This document shows positions 1 through 8,509 of a stretch of 43,870 nucleotides of DNA, in pieces. The DNA lies in contig JBJTFY010000160.1 in the NCBI GenBank assembly GCA_046093625.1, positions 1-43,870 of the forward strand, in the 5' to 3' direction. A program made the translations under genes and the position numbers. This DNA is from Actinomycetota bacterium. Its GTDB lineage: Bacteria; Actinomycetota; Acidimicrobiia; Acidimicrobiales; Ilumatobacteraceae. Position 1 is the first letter of the stretch. Each line of letters opens with the position of its first letter. The notes beneath the pieces are model-generated. The model was not told where the DNA came from, made no database searches, and saw only the letters and a program-made list of their open reading frames with translations.

Positions 1-20
1 CGCCGAGGCCGGCCAGAACG

Positions 21-34
21 CCCCCCCCCCCCCC
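21..34. repeat. C14 homopolymer tract (G14 on the minus strand)
   Basis: Uninterrupted run of 14 C at 21-34. It is followed by GCATGT and GGGGG (41-45), so C5/G5 can pair. Lies ~85 nt 3' of the stop of the minus-strand gene ending at 117. Confidence 0.9.
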
Positions 35-40
35 GCATGT

Positions 41-59
41 GGGGGCCGGGACCGGCCCC
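41..59 (-). terminator. GC-rich hairpin downstream of the solute-binding protein gene (possible factor-independent terminator, no U-tract)
   Basis: GGGGCCGG (42-49) and CCGGCCCC (52-59) are inverted repeats, and alternative pairings with the poly-C/G5 are possible. No T/A tract follows on either strand. Confidence 0.3.
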
Positions 60-116
60 GCCGGTTGCGCGGCGGCCCCTCCTTCACCCGGGGGATTGGT
101 GAAGATCAATGCCACG

Positions 117-1301
117 TCAGGCGTCGGCGACCATCGGTCCCCAGTTCGCGGCGAGAACTTCCTTGGCGGAAGCGATCTGAGCGGGCGTGAGGAAGTTGAT
201 CTGCGACAGCAGCTCGTCGGGGGGCAGGTTCTTCTTGACCTCGTCGGTCACGAGTCCGGCTTCGGTCAATGCCTCGATGCGGGCCGGCACGGCACCACCT
301 TCGAGGTAGCCGAGCGCACCCTCGTCACTGAAGATGTGCTCCATCCACAGCTTGGAGCAGGCCTGGTGCGGAGAGTCCTTGATGACGCCCTGACCGTAGA
401 AGCCTCCGTAGATGCCGTCACTCGGGAAGTTGGTCTCGTAGGTGATTCCCGCGGCCTCGAGCTCGGCGGCCAAGCCGGGAACGTTGTAGCTCCAGTCGAT
501 GGCAATGGGGGTCTCACCGGACAACACGGTCTCCTTGGTGACGTCGGTGCTACCGAGGTTGCCCGCCGCCTTCAACTCGGCGAAGAACTCGATACCCGGC
601 ATGATGTCGTCCGCCGAACCTCCGTTGGCGAGCGAGGCAGCCATCACGGCCGCGAACGCCGCTCCTGCTTCACGGGGATCACCGTTCAGAGCCACCAAAC
701 CCTTGTACTCGGGCTTCAGAAGATCGGCGAAGGTCGTGGGAGCGGTCGGCACGATCTTGGTGTTGGTGGTGATGGCCATGATTCCGTAGTAGGCGGCCGT
801 CCAGTTGTTGTCGGCATCCTTCAGACCGGCCGGGATCTCGGCGTCGGTGGTGAGCACGTACGGCTCGAACAGTCCCTTGTCGACCATTTCCTGGGCGATG
901 GCCGGGCTGACGTCGACGTTGTCGGGCATGTCAGCCTGTCCGGCCAGGGTCTCGACCGCTTCCATCTCCTCCTTCGAGGAAGCATCGGGATTCGCCACCG
1001 GGTACTTCACGTCGGGGTACTTCTCGCCGAAAGCGGCGAGAATTCCCTTGTAGTTGGCCCATTCATCGGGCAGGGCGATGAGGTTGACCTGGCCACCCTC
1101 GGCGAGGCACTCCTCGTACAGGGCCGCCAAAGGGTCGTCCCCGGCCGGTTCGGTGGTGGCGTCGGTCGACGCTTCGGTGGTGGCCGGTGCCTCACTGGAC
1201 TCGCTCGACGGGGAGTCATCTCCACCGCAGGCGTTGAAGGCCAGGCCGGCAACCAATGTCAGTCCGAGAAGCGCTCGGCTTCGACGGGGGGAAATTCTCA
1301 T
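117..1301 (-). CDS. ABC transporter periplasmic solute-binding lipoprotein (family 1, PotD/PotF-like)
   Basis: Signal peptide plus lipobox (MRISPRRSRALLGLTLVAGLAFNAC-GG) and SBP-like body. Strong GC3 bias. AAGGA lies 5 nt upstream of the ATG at 1301; ATG 1307 and the ORF maximum 1385 are alternative starts. Partner permease/ATPase genes are not in the window. Confidence 0.75.
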   Translation of the reverse strand: MRISPRRSRALLGLTLVAGLAFNACGGDDSPSSESSEAPATTEASTDATTEPAGDDPLAALYEECLAEGGQVNLIALPDEWANYKGILAAFGEKYPDVKYPVANPDASSKEEMEAVETLAGQADMPDNVDVSPAIAQEMVDKGLFEPYVLTTDAEIPAGLKDADNNWTAAYYGIMAITTNTKIVPTAPTTFADLLKPEYKGLVALNGDPREAGAAFAAVMAASLANGGSADDIMPGIEFFAELKAAGNLGSTDVTKETVLSGETPIAIDWSYNVPGLAAELEAAGITYETNFPSDGIYGGFYGQGVIKDSPHQACSKLWMEHIFSDEGALGYLEGGAVPARIEALTEAGLVTDEVKKNLPPDELLSQINFLTPAQIASAKEVLAANWGPMVADA

Positions 1302-1308
1302 GTTCATC

Positions 1309-1344
1309 CTTTTCTGCTCACGCTGGCTTTTCTGCTCACGCTGG
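1309..1344. repeat. Perfect 18-bp tandem duplication (CTTTTCTGCTCACGCTGG x2) abutting the RBS of the SBP gene
   Basis: Copies at 1309-1326 and 1327-1344 are identical. On the minus strand this reads CCAGCGTGAGCAGAAAAG twice, immediately 5' of GATGAACATG. Confidence 0.95.
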
Positions 1345-1525
1345 TTTGGGACAGACATTCCTCGGTGAAGAAGTTGGTCTGACAACCGACAGTGTCCGTT
1401 GGTGCCATTGCGAGCATGTGTCCCCGCCGTGACTCGAACCTGAACAGCCGGTCAATTCACGGAACCGGAACGACGCTTCAACGGGTAGGGTTTCGTCACG
1501 TTCCCCTCGTGTTAGGAGCGTTGCC

Positions 1526-2824
1526 ATGTCCGTGACCGTCGTCGTCGGTGCCCAATGGGGTGACGAAGGTAAAGCCAAGGTCATCGACTTGCTCGCGCGT
1601 GAGAACGACGTCGTCGCCCGCTATCAAGGTGGTCACAACGCCGGACACACGGTGGTGGTCGGTTCCGAGAAGTACGCACTGCAGCTCATCCCGTCCGGAG
1701 TTCTGTACGAGCACGTGACGCCGGTGATCGGCAACGGAGTCGTCGTCGACCTTCCCACGCTGTTCTCCGAGATCGACCGCCTCGAGGCCCGCGGGGTGTC
1801 GTGCGCGCGGTTGAAGGTGTCGAGTCAGGCCCATCTCATCTTCCCGTGGCACCAGACCCTCGACGCACTCAGCGAGGGAAGCCTGGGCGACAACAAGATC
1901 GGAACCACGTTGAAGGGCATCGGCCCGGCCTACGCAGACAAGGCGAACCGCACCGGCGTGCGGGTGGGCCAGTCGCTCGACGCCTCGGCGTTCGCGAACC
2001 TGGTGCGCGTGGCCGGTGACGCCGCCAACGTGCGCATCACCTCGCTGGGTGGGGACGCCCTCGACGTCGACGAGATCGTCGCGCGATACGCGTCGCTGGC
2101 GGAGCGACTGCGCCCCCACGTCGCCGACACCATCGGGCTCCTGCACGATGCCGTCGAGTCCGGATGTCGGGTGTTGTTGGAGGGAGCCCAGGCGACCTTC
2201 CTCGACCTCGACCACGGCACGTATCCCTACGTCACCTCGTCGAATCCCACCGCGGGTGGAGCGAGCGTGGGCAGCGGCCTCGGACCCCGTCTGCTCGACC
2301 GCATCATCGGCATCACCAAGGCGTACACCACCCGTGTCGGCTCGGGACCGTTCCCCACCGAACTGACCGACGAGTTGGGCGAGAAACTCGTCGACATCGG
2401 TCGGGAGTTCGGCACCGTCACCGGTCGGCGGCGTCGTACGGGCTGGGTCGACTGCGTCATGTTGCGCCACGCCGCCCGCGTGAACTCACTCACCGAGTTG
2501 GCGCTCACCAAGCTCGACGTGCTCGACACCTTCGACGAGGTTCGGGTGTGCACCGGCTACACCATCGACGGTGCGGAGGTGCACGGTTACCCCGACCTGA
2601 GTTCGGATCTGGCCCGGGTCGTGCCTCGATACGTCACCTTGCCCGGTTGGAAGACCGAGCTCGGTGGTTGTCGCTCGGCCGCCGACCTCCCGGCCGCCGC
2701 GCGCGAGTTCATCGCCGTCGTGGAGCGCGAGGCCGGCGTCCCCGTGCGCATCGTGGGCGTCGGACCCGAACGCGACGACGTGCTCGAATGGCCGTCCACC
2801 ATCGCCGGAGGTGTGAACCGATGA
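1526..2824 (+). CDS. purA: Adenylosuccinate synthetase
   Basis: N-terminus VVVGAQWGDEGKAKVIDLL plus GGHNAGHTV and the TGWVD motif. AGGAG RBS upstream. 432 aa. Confidence 0.95.
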   Translation: MSVTVVVGAQWGDEGKAKVIDLLARENDVVARYQGGHNAGHTVVVGSEKYALQLIPSGVLYEHVTPVIGNGVVVDLPTLFSEIDRLEARGVSCARLKVSSQAHLIFPWHQTLDALSEGSLGDNKIGTTLKGIGPAYADKANRTGVRVGQSLDASAFANLVRVAGDAANVRITSLGGDALDVDEIVARYASLAERLRPHVADTIGLLHDAVESGCRVLLEGAQATFLDLDHGTYPYVTSSNPTAGGASVGSGLGPRLLDRIIGITKAYTTRVGSGPFPTELTDELGEKLVDIGREFGTVTGRRRRTGWVDCVMLRHAARVNSLTELALTKLDVLDTFDEVRVCTGYTIDGAEVHGYPDLSSDLARVVPRYVTLPGWKTELGGCRSAADLPAAAREFIAVVEREAGVPVRIVGVGPERDDVLEWPSTIAGGVNR

Positions 2825-4131
2825 TCTCCCGTTACTCCCTGCCCGAGATGGAGTCCGTCTTCTCCGACGAAACGCGCTTCGCGCGCTGGGTCGAGATCGA
2901 GTTGCTGGCCACCGAGGCGCACGCCGCGATCGGCGTGGTCCCGGTCGCCGACGCCGGCGTCTGTCGGACCGCGGCGCCCACGGTGGACGCGGCGTTCGTG
3001 GCCGAGGTCGCCGAACGCGAGAAAGTCACCGATCACGACGTCGCGGCGTTCGTCGACGTGATGCAGGGTCGAATCGGTGGTTTGGCGGCAGGCTGGATCC
3101 ACTACGGATTGACGTCCACCGACGTGGTCGACACCGCTTTGTGTTGGGCGCTGCGCGATGCCAGCGACCTGTTGATCGACGCATCGAGCAAGTTGTTGCG
3201 GGTGCTCGTCAACATGGCCAGGTTCCATCGCGACACCGTGATGATCGGTCGGACGCACGGTGTCCACGCCGAGCCCACCACGTTCGGCGCCAAGGTCGCC
3301 TTGTGGGCTCTGCAGGTCGACCGTGACCGGCGTCGTTTGATCGAGGCCCGTCGCACGATCGCGGTCTGCAAACTCTCCGGTGCGGTGGGTACCTACTCCA
3401 ACATCGATCCGCGAGTGGAAGCCGCCGTGGGCAAGTCGCTCGGCTTGGTTCCCGTTCCGGCGACCCAGGTGATCAGCCGTGACCGGCACGCCGAGTACAT
3501 GTGGGCGTGCGCGGCGGTCGGGGCGACCTGCGAGATGATCGCGGTCGAGTTGCGTCATCTGCAGCGAACGGAGGTGCGCGAGGTCGAAGAGGGGTTCAAG
3601 TCGGGTCAGAAGGGCTCGTCGGCGATGCCGCACAAGCGGAACCCCATTTCAGCCGAGACCATCAGCGGTCTGTCGCGCGTGCTGCGCGGCAACCTGCAGG
3701 CGGCCCTCCAGGACGTGGCCTTGTGGCACGAGCGCGACATCTCGCACAGTTCGGTGGAGCGCATCGTGCTACCGGACTCGTCGATGCTCGCGCACTACAT
3801 GTTGCACCGGCTCCGTCGACTCCTCGAGGGGCTCCAGGTCTCGCCCGAGCGGATGCGGGCCAATCTCATGTCAAGCCACGGGTTGGTGTTCAGCCAACCG
3901 GTGTTGCTGGCCCTCGTTCAGAGCGGGATGTCACGGGACGACGCGTATCGCGTGGTGCAAGAGGCGGCCGCCGTGTCCTGGTCCCAGGGTCGGGACTTCC
4001 GTGCGGTGCTCGACGAGAACGACGCGATCCGACGGTTGGACTCCTCGGTTCTCGACGAGGCGTTCGACCTCAAGCGCTCGCTCGGTCGCATCGACGCGGT
4101 GTTCGACGCCCTCGATCGTCTCGAGGCGTGA
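2821..4131 (+). CDS. purB: Adenylosuccinate lyase
   Basis: [31 protein letters not shown]-terminus and the fumarate-lyase signature [15 protein letters not shown] start/stop overlap with purA. The ORF-track start at 2164 is an out-of-gene extension. Confidence 0.93.
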   Translation: MISRYSLPEMESVFSDETRFARWVEIELLATEAHAAIGVVPVADAGVCRTAAPTVDAAFVAEVAEREKVTDHDVAAFVDVMQGRIGGLAAGWIHYGLTSTDVVDTALCWALRDASDLLIDASSKLLRVLVNMARFHRDTVMIGRTHGVHAEPTTFGAKVALWALQVDRDRRRLIEARRTIAVCKLSGAVGTYSNIDPRVEAAVGKSLGLVPVPATQVISRDRHAEYMWACAAVGATCEMIAVELRHLQRTEVREVEEGFKSGQKGSSAMPHKRNPISAETISGLSRVLRGNLQAALQDVALWHERDISHSSVERIVLPDSSMLAHYMLHRLRRLLEGLQVSPERMRANLMSSHGLVFSQPVLLALVQSGMSRDDAYRVVQEAAAVSWSQGRDFRAVLDENDAIRRLDSSVLDEAFDLKRSLGRIDAVFDALDRLEA

Positions 4132-4134
4132 ACG

Positions 4135-4593
4135 TCAGCGGGAGATGCCCGCCTTCTTCAGCACCGCGGCATCGACCCCGATCTCGCGCCATGCGGCGTA
4201 CGTGATGCCGTTGCGCTCGCCGTAGGTCTTGGCGACCTTCACGAAGGCCTTCTCGAGGGGCGCGACATCGACCTTGGTCGTCAACTCCGCCAACTCGATG
4301 GCCAGATCGAGACGCTCTTGGGCGTACTTCAACTGCGTGACCGAGTCGGTCGTCTCGTACTCGGCGTCGATCAACTTCAGACGACGTCGAATCGACTCGG
4401 GCGTGCGCTTGCGCCCGCGCTTGGGTTTCGTGCGTCGCAGGGCTTCGAGGTAATCGCGGACGACCTTGCCGTCCTTGCGACCCTTTGCCAAAGCCTCCTT
4501 GTGTGCCTTGGTCATGGGAGTCTTCGGTGCTGCCATTCCATCGATCGTAGGGGCGGGACGAGCGAGTTTTCCAACGTCGAATCGTTGTCCCAT
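4135..4593 (-). CDS. Hypothetical basic protein (Lys/Arg-rich N-terminal half, helical C-terminal half)
   Basis: 152-aa ORF with good GC3 bias. Contains KPKRGRKRTPESIRRRLK and the C-terminal ITYAAWREIGVDAAVLKKAGI. No family recognised. The alternative start M20 (4536) is plausible. Confidence 0.55.
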   Translation of the reverse strand: MGQRFDVGKLARPAPTIDGMAAPKTPMTKAHKEALAKGRKDGKVVRDYLEALRRTKPKRGRKRTPESIRRRLKLIDAEYETTDSVTQLKYAQERLDLAIELAELTTKVDVAPLEKAFVKVAKTYGERNGITYAAWREIGVDAAVLKKAGISR

Positions 4594-4656
4594 GACGACT
4601 TATCGGCGACTGATACACGACGCGTTCACGAGGTCGCATGTGTTGTCGAGTGATAC

Positions 4657-5250
4657 GTGTGGAGTAGGTTTCACCTCGTGAAAGGCTCACTCCCTCCGCT
4701 CGACGACGCGCGTGCGTCGTTGCGTGACCACGTGTTGCGACACTCGTTGAAGACGGGTGACTTCACGCTGAAGTCGGGCGCCAAGAGTTCGTGGTTCCTC
4801 GACACCAAACAGACCGCGTGTCGCGCCGACGGCATCGTGTTGGTCGCCGACGTGGCCCTCTCGATCATCCCCGCCGAAGCGACCGCCATCGGAGGACTGA
4901 CGATGGGGGCCGACCCGGTCGCGTACGGAATCGCCGCGGTGGCCGCCACGCGGGGTCGCGACCTGCGCAGTTTCAGCGTGCGCAAGGAGGCCAAGGATCA
5001 CGGGGTGACCGGACGTATCGCCGGTGCACTCCAGCCGGGCGACAAGGTCGTCATCACCGAGGACACCGTCACGCGCGGCACGTCGATCATGGAAGCCGTC
5101 GACGCGGTGATCGCATTCGGCGCCGAGCCGGTTCTGATCACGGTGATCGTCGATCGTGGTGGCACCTGCTCCGCGATGGCCTCGGAACGGGGCATCCCGT
5201 TCGTGGCGATGCTCACCGCGCCCGATCTCGGGTTCGGCTTCGGAACGTGA
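4657..5250 (+). CDS. pyrE: Orotate phosphoribosyltransferase
   Basis: GDFTLKSGAKSSWFLD and the PRPP-binding loop VVITEDTVTRGTS. GTG start at 4657; the in-frame GTG at 4678 is an alternative. Confidence 0.88.
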   Translation: MWSRFHLVKGSLPPLDDARASLRDHVLRHSLKTGDFTLKSGAKSSWFLDTKQTACRADGIVLVADVALSIIPAEATAIGGLTMGADPVAYGIAAVAATRGRDLRSFSVRKEAKDHGVTGRIAGALQPGDKVVITEDTVTRGTSIMEAVDAVIAFGAEPVLITVIVDRGGTCSAMASERGIPFVAMLTAPDLGFGFGT

Positions 5251-5277
5251 GTGGTCGTCACGCCGTAGCCTGACGTC

Positions 5278-6105
5278 GTGACGATTCGCGAGCTGTTCGA
5301 ACTCGAGCCGCACGGTGTCGACACGTTCGTGGGGGCCGGGCGCCAGTACCCGTGGGGTGGCCTGTACGGAGGTCACATCGTCGCCCAAGCCCTGTGGGCC
5401 GCGGCGGCGACCGTGGAATCGACGATGGAGCCGCACTCGTTGCGCGCCTACTTCATTCGGCGGGGCGACACCGGTGAGCCCGTCCGTTACGAGGTGGACC
5501 GCATCCGCAACGGCAAGAGTTTCTGCACGCGGCGCGTCGTCGCCCGGCAGAGTCGGGGGGCGATCTTGAACCTCGAGGCCTCCTTCCAGACGTTCGAGCA
5601 ATCGGAAGACGCCCAACCCGTGCGGTTCCCGAGTGGTGTGCCGAGTCCCGAATCGGTGGACAACTCGGCGTGGAGCGACGGGTTCGACCGTCGCTGGATC
5701 ACCGAGGACTCGGTGCCCGCCGATGGCCGCGAAGGTGGTGGGCGGGCGATGGCCTGGTTCCGGGTCTCGGACGCACTGGGCGACTTCACCGAGCAGAGCG
5801 CGCAGTTGCTGCACCGTTGCGCGTTCGCTTATCTGAGCGACGATCTCCCGACGGACGCGGTGGTGCGAACTCACCCGGTGATCGGCTCGCGGCCGGAGAA
5901 CGCGCGACACTTTTACGGTGCCAGCCTCGACCACACGATTTGGTTCCACCGACCGATCGAGAGTGATCGCTGGCATCTGCACGACTTCACCTGTCACTCG
6001 ATCGGCAACAGCCGCGGCCTCGCGATCGGTCACATCTTCAGTGAGGACGGCGTGCACGTGGCCACGGTCGCTCAAGAGGCTCTGATCAGGGACTGGCGGG
6101 AATGA
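5278..6105 (+). CDS. tesB: Acyl-CoA thioesterase II family protein
   Basis: FELEPHGVDTFVG...GGLYGGHIVAQAL N-terminus and a double hot-dog length (275 aa), typical of TesB. Confidence 0.75.
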   Translation: MTIRELFELEPHGVDTFVGAGRQYPWGGLYGGHIVAQALWAAAATVESTMEPHSLRAYFIRRGDTGEPVRYEVDRIRNGKSFCTRRVVARQSRGAILNLEASFQTFEQSEDAQPVRFPSGVPSPESVDNSAWSDGFDRRWITEDSVPADGREGGGRAMAWFRVSDALGDFTEQSAQLLHRCAFAYLSDDLPTDAVVRTHPVIGSRPENARHFYGASLDHTIWFHRPIESDRWHLHDFTCHSIGNSRGLAIGHIFSEDGVHVATVAQEALIRDWRE

Positions 6106-6109
6106 CAAC

Positions 6110-6129
6110 GGGCGCCCCTTGGGGCGCCC
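6110..6129. terminator. Hairpin between tesB (+) and the tRNA cluster (-)
   Basis: GGGCGCCCC TT GGGGCGCCC is a perfect 9-bp GC stem located 4 nt after the tesB stop and 3 nt after the tRNA-Phe 3' end. Confidence 0.55.
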
Positions 6130-6132
6130 GCA

Positions 6133-6208
6133 TGGTGGTCGAGACCGGCGTCGATCCGGTGACCCTACGCTTTTCAGGCGTATGCTCTGCCGACTGAGCT
6201 ACTCGACC
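6133..6208 (-). tRNA. tRNA-Phe (GAA), CCA encoded
   Basis: The reverse complement reads GGTCGAGTAGCTCAGTCGG...ACGCCTGAAAAGCGT...GGATCGACGCCGGTCTCGACCACCA. Anticodon loop CUGAAAA. 76 nt. Confidence 0.93.
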
Positions 6209-6229
6209 TCGTGCGCCAAGGCGCACTTG

Positions 6230-6303
6230 CGGTCCCGACGGGACTCGAACCCGCGACCTCCGGCTTGACAGGCCGGCGTGAACTCCAACTTCACCACGAG
6301 ACC
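6230..6303 (-). tRNA. tRNA-Asp (GTC), CCA not encoded
   Basis: The reverse complement reads GGTCTCGTGGTGAAGTTGG...CCGGCCTGTCAAGCCGG...GGGTTCGAGTCCCGTCGGGACCG. Anticodon loop CUGUCAA. Confidence 0.92.
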
Positions 6304-6375
6304 AAACGTGTTGGCTATGTACTTCACTGTGCACTTACTCGAGCAACTCACTTGCCTCACCGGTGAACCGGTTCG

Positions 6376-6448
6376 CACCCCCAACGGGATTCGAACCCGT
6401 GCCGCCACCTTGAAAGGGTGGTGTCCTAGGCCACTAGACGATGGGGGC
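6376..6448 (-). tRNA. tRNA-Glu (TTC), CCA not encoded
   Basis: The reverse complement reads GCCCCCATCGTCTAGTGGCCTAGGACACCACCCTTTCAAGGTGG...ACGGGTTCGAATCCCGTTGGGGGTG. Anticodon loop CUUUCAA. The acceptor stem closes with an apparent G1.U72 pair. Confidence 0.9.
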
Positions 6449-6513
6449 TAGGTACTCGTCCGATGAGAGCGTGGCAACTCTAACAGCACCCGTCCCCGAT
6501 ACCACCCGAGTCG

Positions 6514-7011
6514 TCAGCCCTGCATGAGGGCGGTGACCGCACTGTCGAGAAGCCAGGACAGGAAGTTGTACATGGCCATTTCGGGTCCCTCGTCGGGGTC
6601 GACCACCTCGTCGTCGCCCTCGTCGTCGTCGGTGACGTCGAGGATGGTGCCCAAGATCAGGCGCACGCTGTTGAGCGACACGACGAAGGCGTTGAGTTCG
6701 GCCGCCGTCATCGTGCGACGTTCGTCGTCGGCGAGCAGTTCGTCGATGCGCGCGATGGCCGCCAGCCGGCTGGCCACCAGTTCGTCGCGCATCAGGCGTT
6801 GGTACTCGGCCTCGGCCGATGCCTCGCGGCCACCGCCCTCGGTGTAGGCCGGGGGGAACAATCTCGCCATCTTCGGGTCGTCGACGGCACTCGACCCCAG
6901 CAGTTCGCGCACTTCCCCGACCAGTCGTCGGATGAAGTGTCGCTCGTCGTCGTCGAGGTTGACGGCGAACTCCCCGCGGTGGGTCTCGAAAGGCGGGCGC
7001 CGACGCACCAT
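6514..7011 (-). CDS. DUF2017-type protein (conserved ClpS neighbour in actinobacteria)
   Basis: 165-aa acidic protein with LFPPAY...EAEYQRLMRDELVASRLAAI. A 1-nt gap separates it from clpS. Family assignment is from memory of the clpS-DUF2017 synteny. Confidence 0.6.
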   Translation of the reverse strand: MVRRRPPFETHRGEFAVNLDDDERHFIRRLVGEVRELLGSSAVDDPKMARLFPPAYTEGGGREASAEAEYQRLMRDELVASRLAAIARIDELLADDERRTMTAAELNAFVVSLNSVRLILGTILDVTDDDEGDDEVVDPDEGPEMAMYNFLSWLLDSAVTALMQG

Positions 7012-7012
7012 G

Positions 7013-7351
7013 TCAGGACCCCGCCCCGTCGTTGTCGGTGCCGTCTTTCTGCATCGTCGCCCACAGTCCGTGCTCGTGGAGTCGAAAGACGTCCATCTCG
7101 GCTTTCTCGCGGTTGCCCGCCGACACCACCGCTTTGCCCTTCTCGTGCACGTCGAGCATGAGGGAGGTGGCCTTTTCGAGGCTGTACCCGAACAACTTCT
7201 GGAACACGAAGGTGACGTAACTCATCAGATTGATGGGGTCGTTCCACACCAAGACGATCCAGGGATTGTCGAGGGTGGTGGACTCGTCGGTCTCGGGACG
7301 AACGACCGTCGAGGGGGCCGCGGCGACGAGAGTCACGCCTTGAACGTCCAC
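7013..7351 (-). CDS. clpS: ATP-dependent Clp protease adaptor ClpS
   Basis: Core WIVLVWNDPINLMSYVTFVFQKLFGYS...A..LMLDVHEKGKAVV. The GTG at 7351 gives 112 aa. The ORF maximum (ATG 7447) would overlap the divergent ctaB start. Confidence 0.85.
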   Translation of the reverse strand: MDVQGVTLVAAAPSTVVRPETDESTTLDNPWIVLVWNDPINLMSYVTFVFQKLFGYSLEKATSLMLDVHEKGKAVVSAGNREKAEMDVFRLHEHGLWATMQKDGTDNDGAGS

Positions 7352-7404
7352 CCCGCCATTGTCACGGTTGGTGGTGCGTTTCGCACCCCCGTACGATCGG
7401 GGCG

Positions 7405-8355
7405 ATGTCCGTCGGATCCCGCCCTCTCGTGCCGTCGCGGCTGGCACCGGGTGGAGTGGCGGCGCACGGTCCGCGTCGCGAGCCGCGCAGTGTTCTGGGC
7501 GGCTACGTCGCGCTGATGAAGTTGCGGGTGGTCGAGCTGCTCTTGATCACGACCGTTCCCACCATGGTGTTGGCCGACCGGGGATGGCCGTCGTGGGGTC
7601 TGGTCGGGGTGACACTCCTCGGAGGTACCTTGGCCGCCGGCGGTGCCAACGCCATCAACATGGTGGTCGACCGCGACATCGACGCCCTGATGGAGCGCAC
7701 CAAGGGCCGCCCGCTGGTGACCGGTCTGATCCGACCCAAACAGGCCCTGATTTTTGCATTGTCCCTGCAAGTGGCCGCTTTTGTGGTTCTGTGGGTCGGG
7801 GCGAACCTGCTGTCGGCCGTCTTGGCGGCCTCGGCGACCTTGTTCTACGTGTTCGTGTACACGATCTGGTTGAAGCGCACCAGCCGACAGAACATCGTGA
7901 TCGGCGGGGCGGCCGGTGCGGTGCCGGTGCTGGTGGGATGGTCGGCGGTTCAGAACTCCCTCGCCTGGGAGCCGTTTGTCCTGTTCACAGCCATTTTTCT
8001 CTGGACCCCACCCCACTTTTGGGCGCTGGCGATTCGCCACAGCGATGACTACAAGGCGGCCGGAGTCCCGATGTTGCCGACCGTGGTGTCGATGCGTCAG
8101 ACCGTGACCCAGATGTTGGGGTACACGATCGCCCTGACCGGGGTGACCCTGGCCCTCGGTCCGGTGGCCGATTTGGGACCGATCTACATGATCGCGGCGG
8201 CCGTGCTGGGCCTGGGTTTCGTCGCCGCGACCGTCGATCTGGGGCGTCACCCCACCGTGGCCCGTTCGATGCGCGTCTTCGGCTTCTCGATCACCTACGT
8301 GACGTTGCTGTTCGCCGCCATGGCGGTGGACGTCGTCGTCGAACACGGAATCTGA
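7405..8355 (+). CDS. ctaB: Protoheme IX farnesyltransferase (heme O synthase)
   Basis: YVALMKLRVVELLLITT, NMVVDRDIDALMERTKGRPL and the polytopic UbiA-family layout. 316 aa. Confidence 0.92.
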   Translation: MSVGSRPLVPSRLAPGGVAAHGPRREPRSVLGGYVALMKLRVVELLLITTVPTMVLADRGWPSWGLVGVTLLGGTLAAGGANAINMVVDRDIDALMERTKGRPLVTGLIRPKQALIFALSLQVAAFVVLWVGANLLSAVLAASATLFYVFVYTIWLKRTSRQNIVIGGAAGAVPVLVGWSAVQNSLAWEPFVLFTAIFLWTPPHFWALAIRHSDDYKAAGVPMLPTVVSMRQTVTQMLGYTIALTGVTLALGPVADLGPIYMIAAAVLGLGFVAATVDLGRHPTVARSMRVFGFSITYVTLLFAAMAVDVVVEHGI

Positions 8356-8509
8356 TCACAATCGCACGACCTGTGACCCTCGCCGACGCCCTCGGGATTT
8401 CGGTCTGATCAGGGCAAAGTGGGTAATGTCGGAGGTTGGAAAACGTGTTGTTACCCCCGAGGAATCCGCAACGGGTCCCTCTCGTTGCGCGTGAAGCGAG
8501 CCATCTCGA

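Noticed and set aside
39-1382. 447-aa plus-strand ORF
   Set aside because: It is antisense to the solute-binding lipoprotein gene, has Gly/Val/Arg-rich composition and no recognisable motifs. The minus-strand frame has a signal peptide, lipobox and SBP-like sequence.
1421-1460. tRNA T-arm-like motif GACTCGAACC in the SBP-purA intergenic region (possible tRNA remnant or att scar)
   Set aside because: The flanking bases do not form a T-stem, acceptor stem or any cloverleaf on either strand. There is no integrase or repeat nearby, so it is probably chance.
2164-2820. N-terminal 219-residue extension of the purB ORF
   Set aside because: It lies out of frame inside purA and is Arg/Pro-rich. The conserved PurB N-terminus begins at the ATG at 2821, which overlaps the purA stop.
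7333-8346. 337-aa minus-strand ORF and other alternative-frame ORFs over ctaB
   Set aside because: It is antisense to ctaB, which has clear UbiA-family motifs, and is compositionally His/Arg/Gly-rich.
8356-8509. Possible regulatory element or riboswitch between ctaB and the subunit I-like gene (GGGTAA...TTACCC inverted repeat, slightly lower GC)
   Set aside because: There is only a 6-bp repeat with a ~24-nt loop, no recognisable riboswitch core and no convincing -35/-10 pair.
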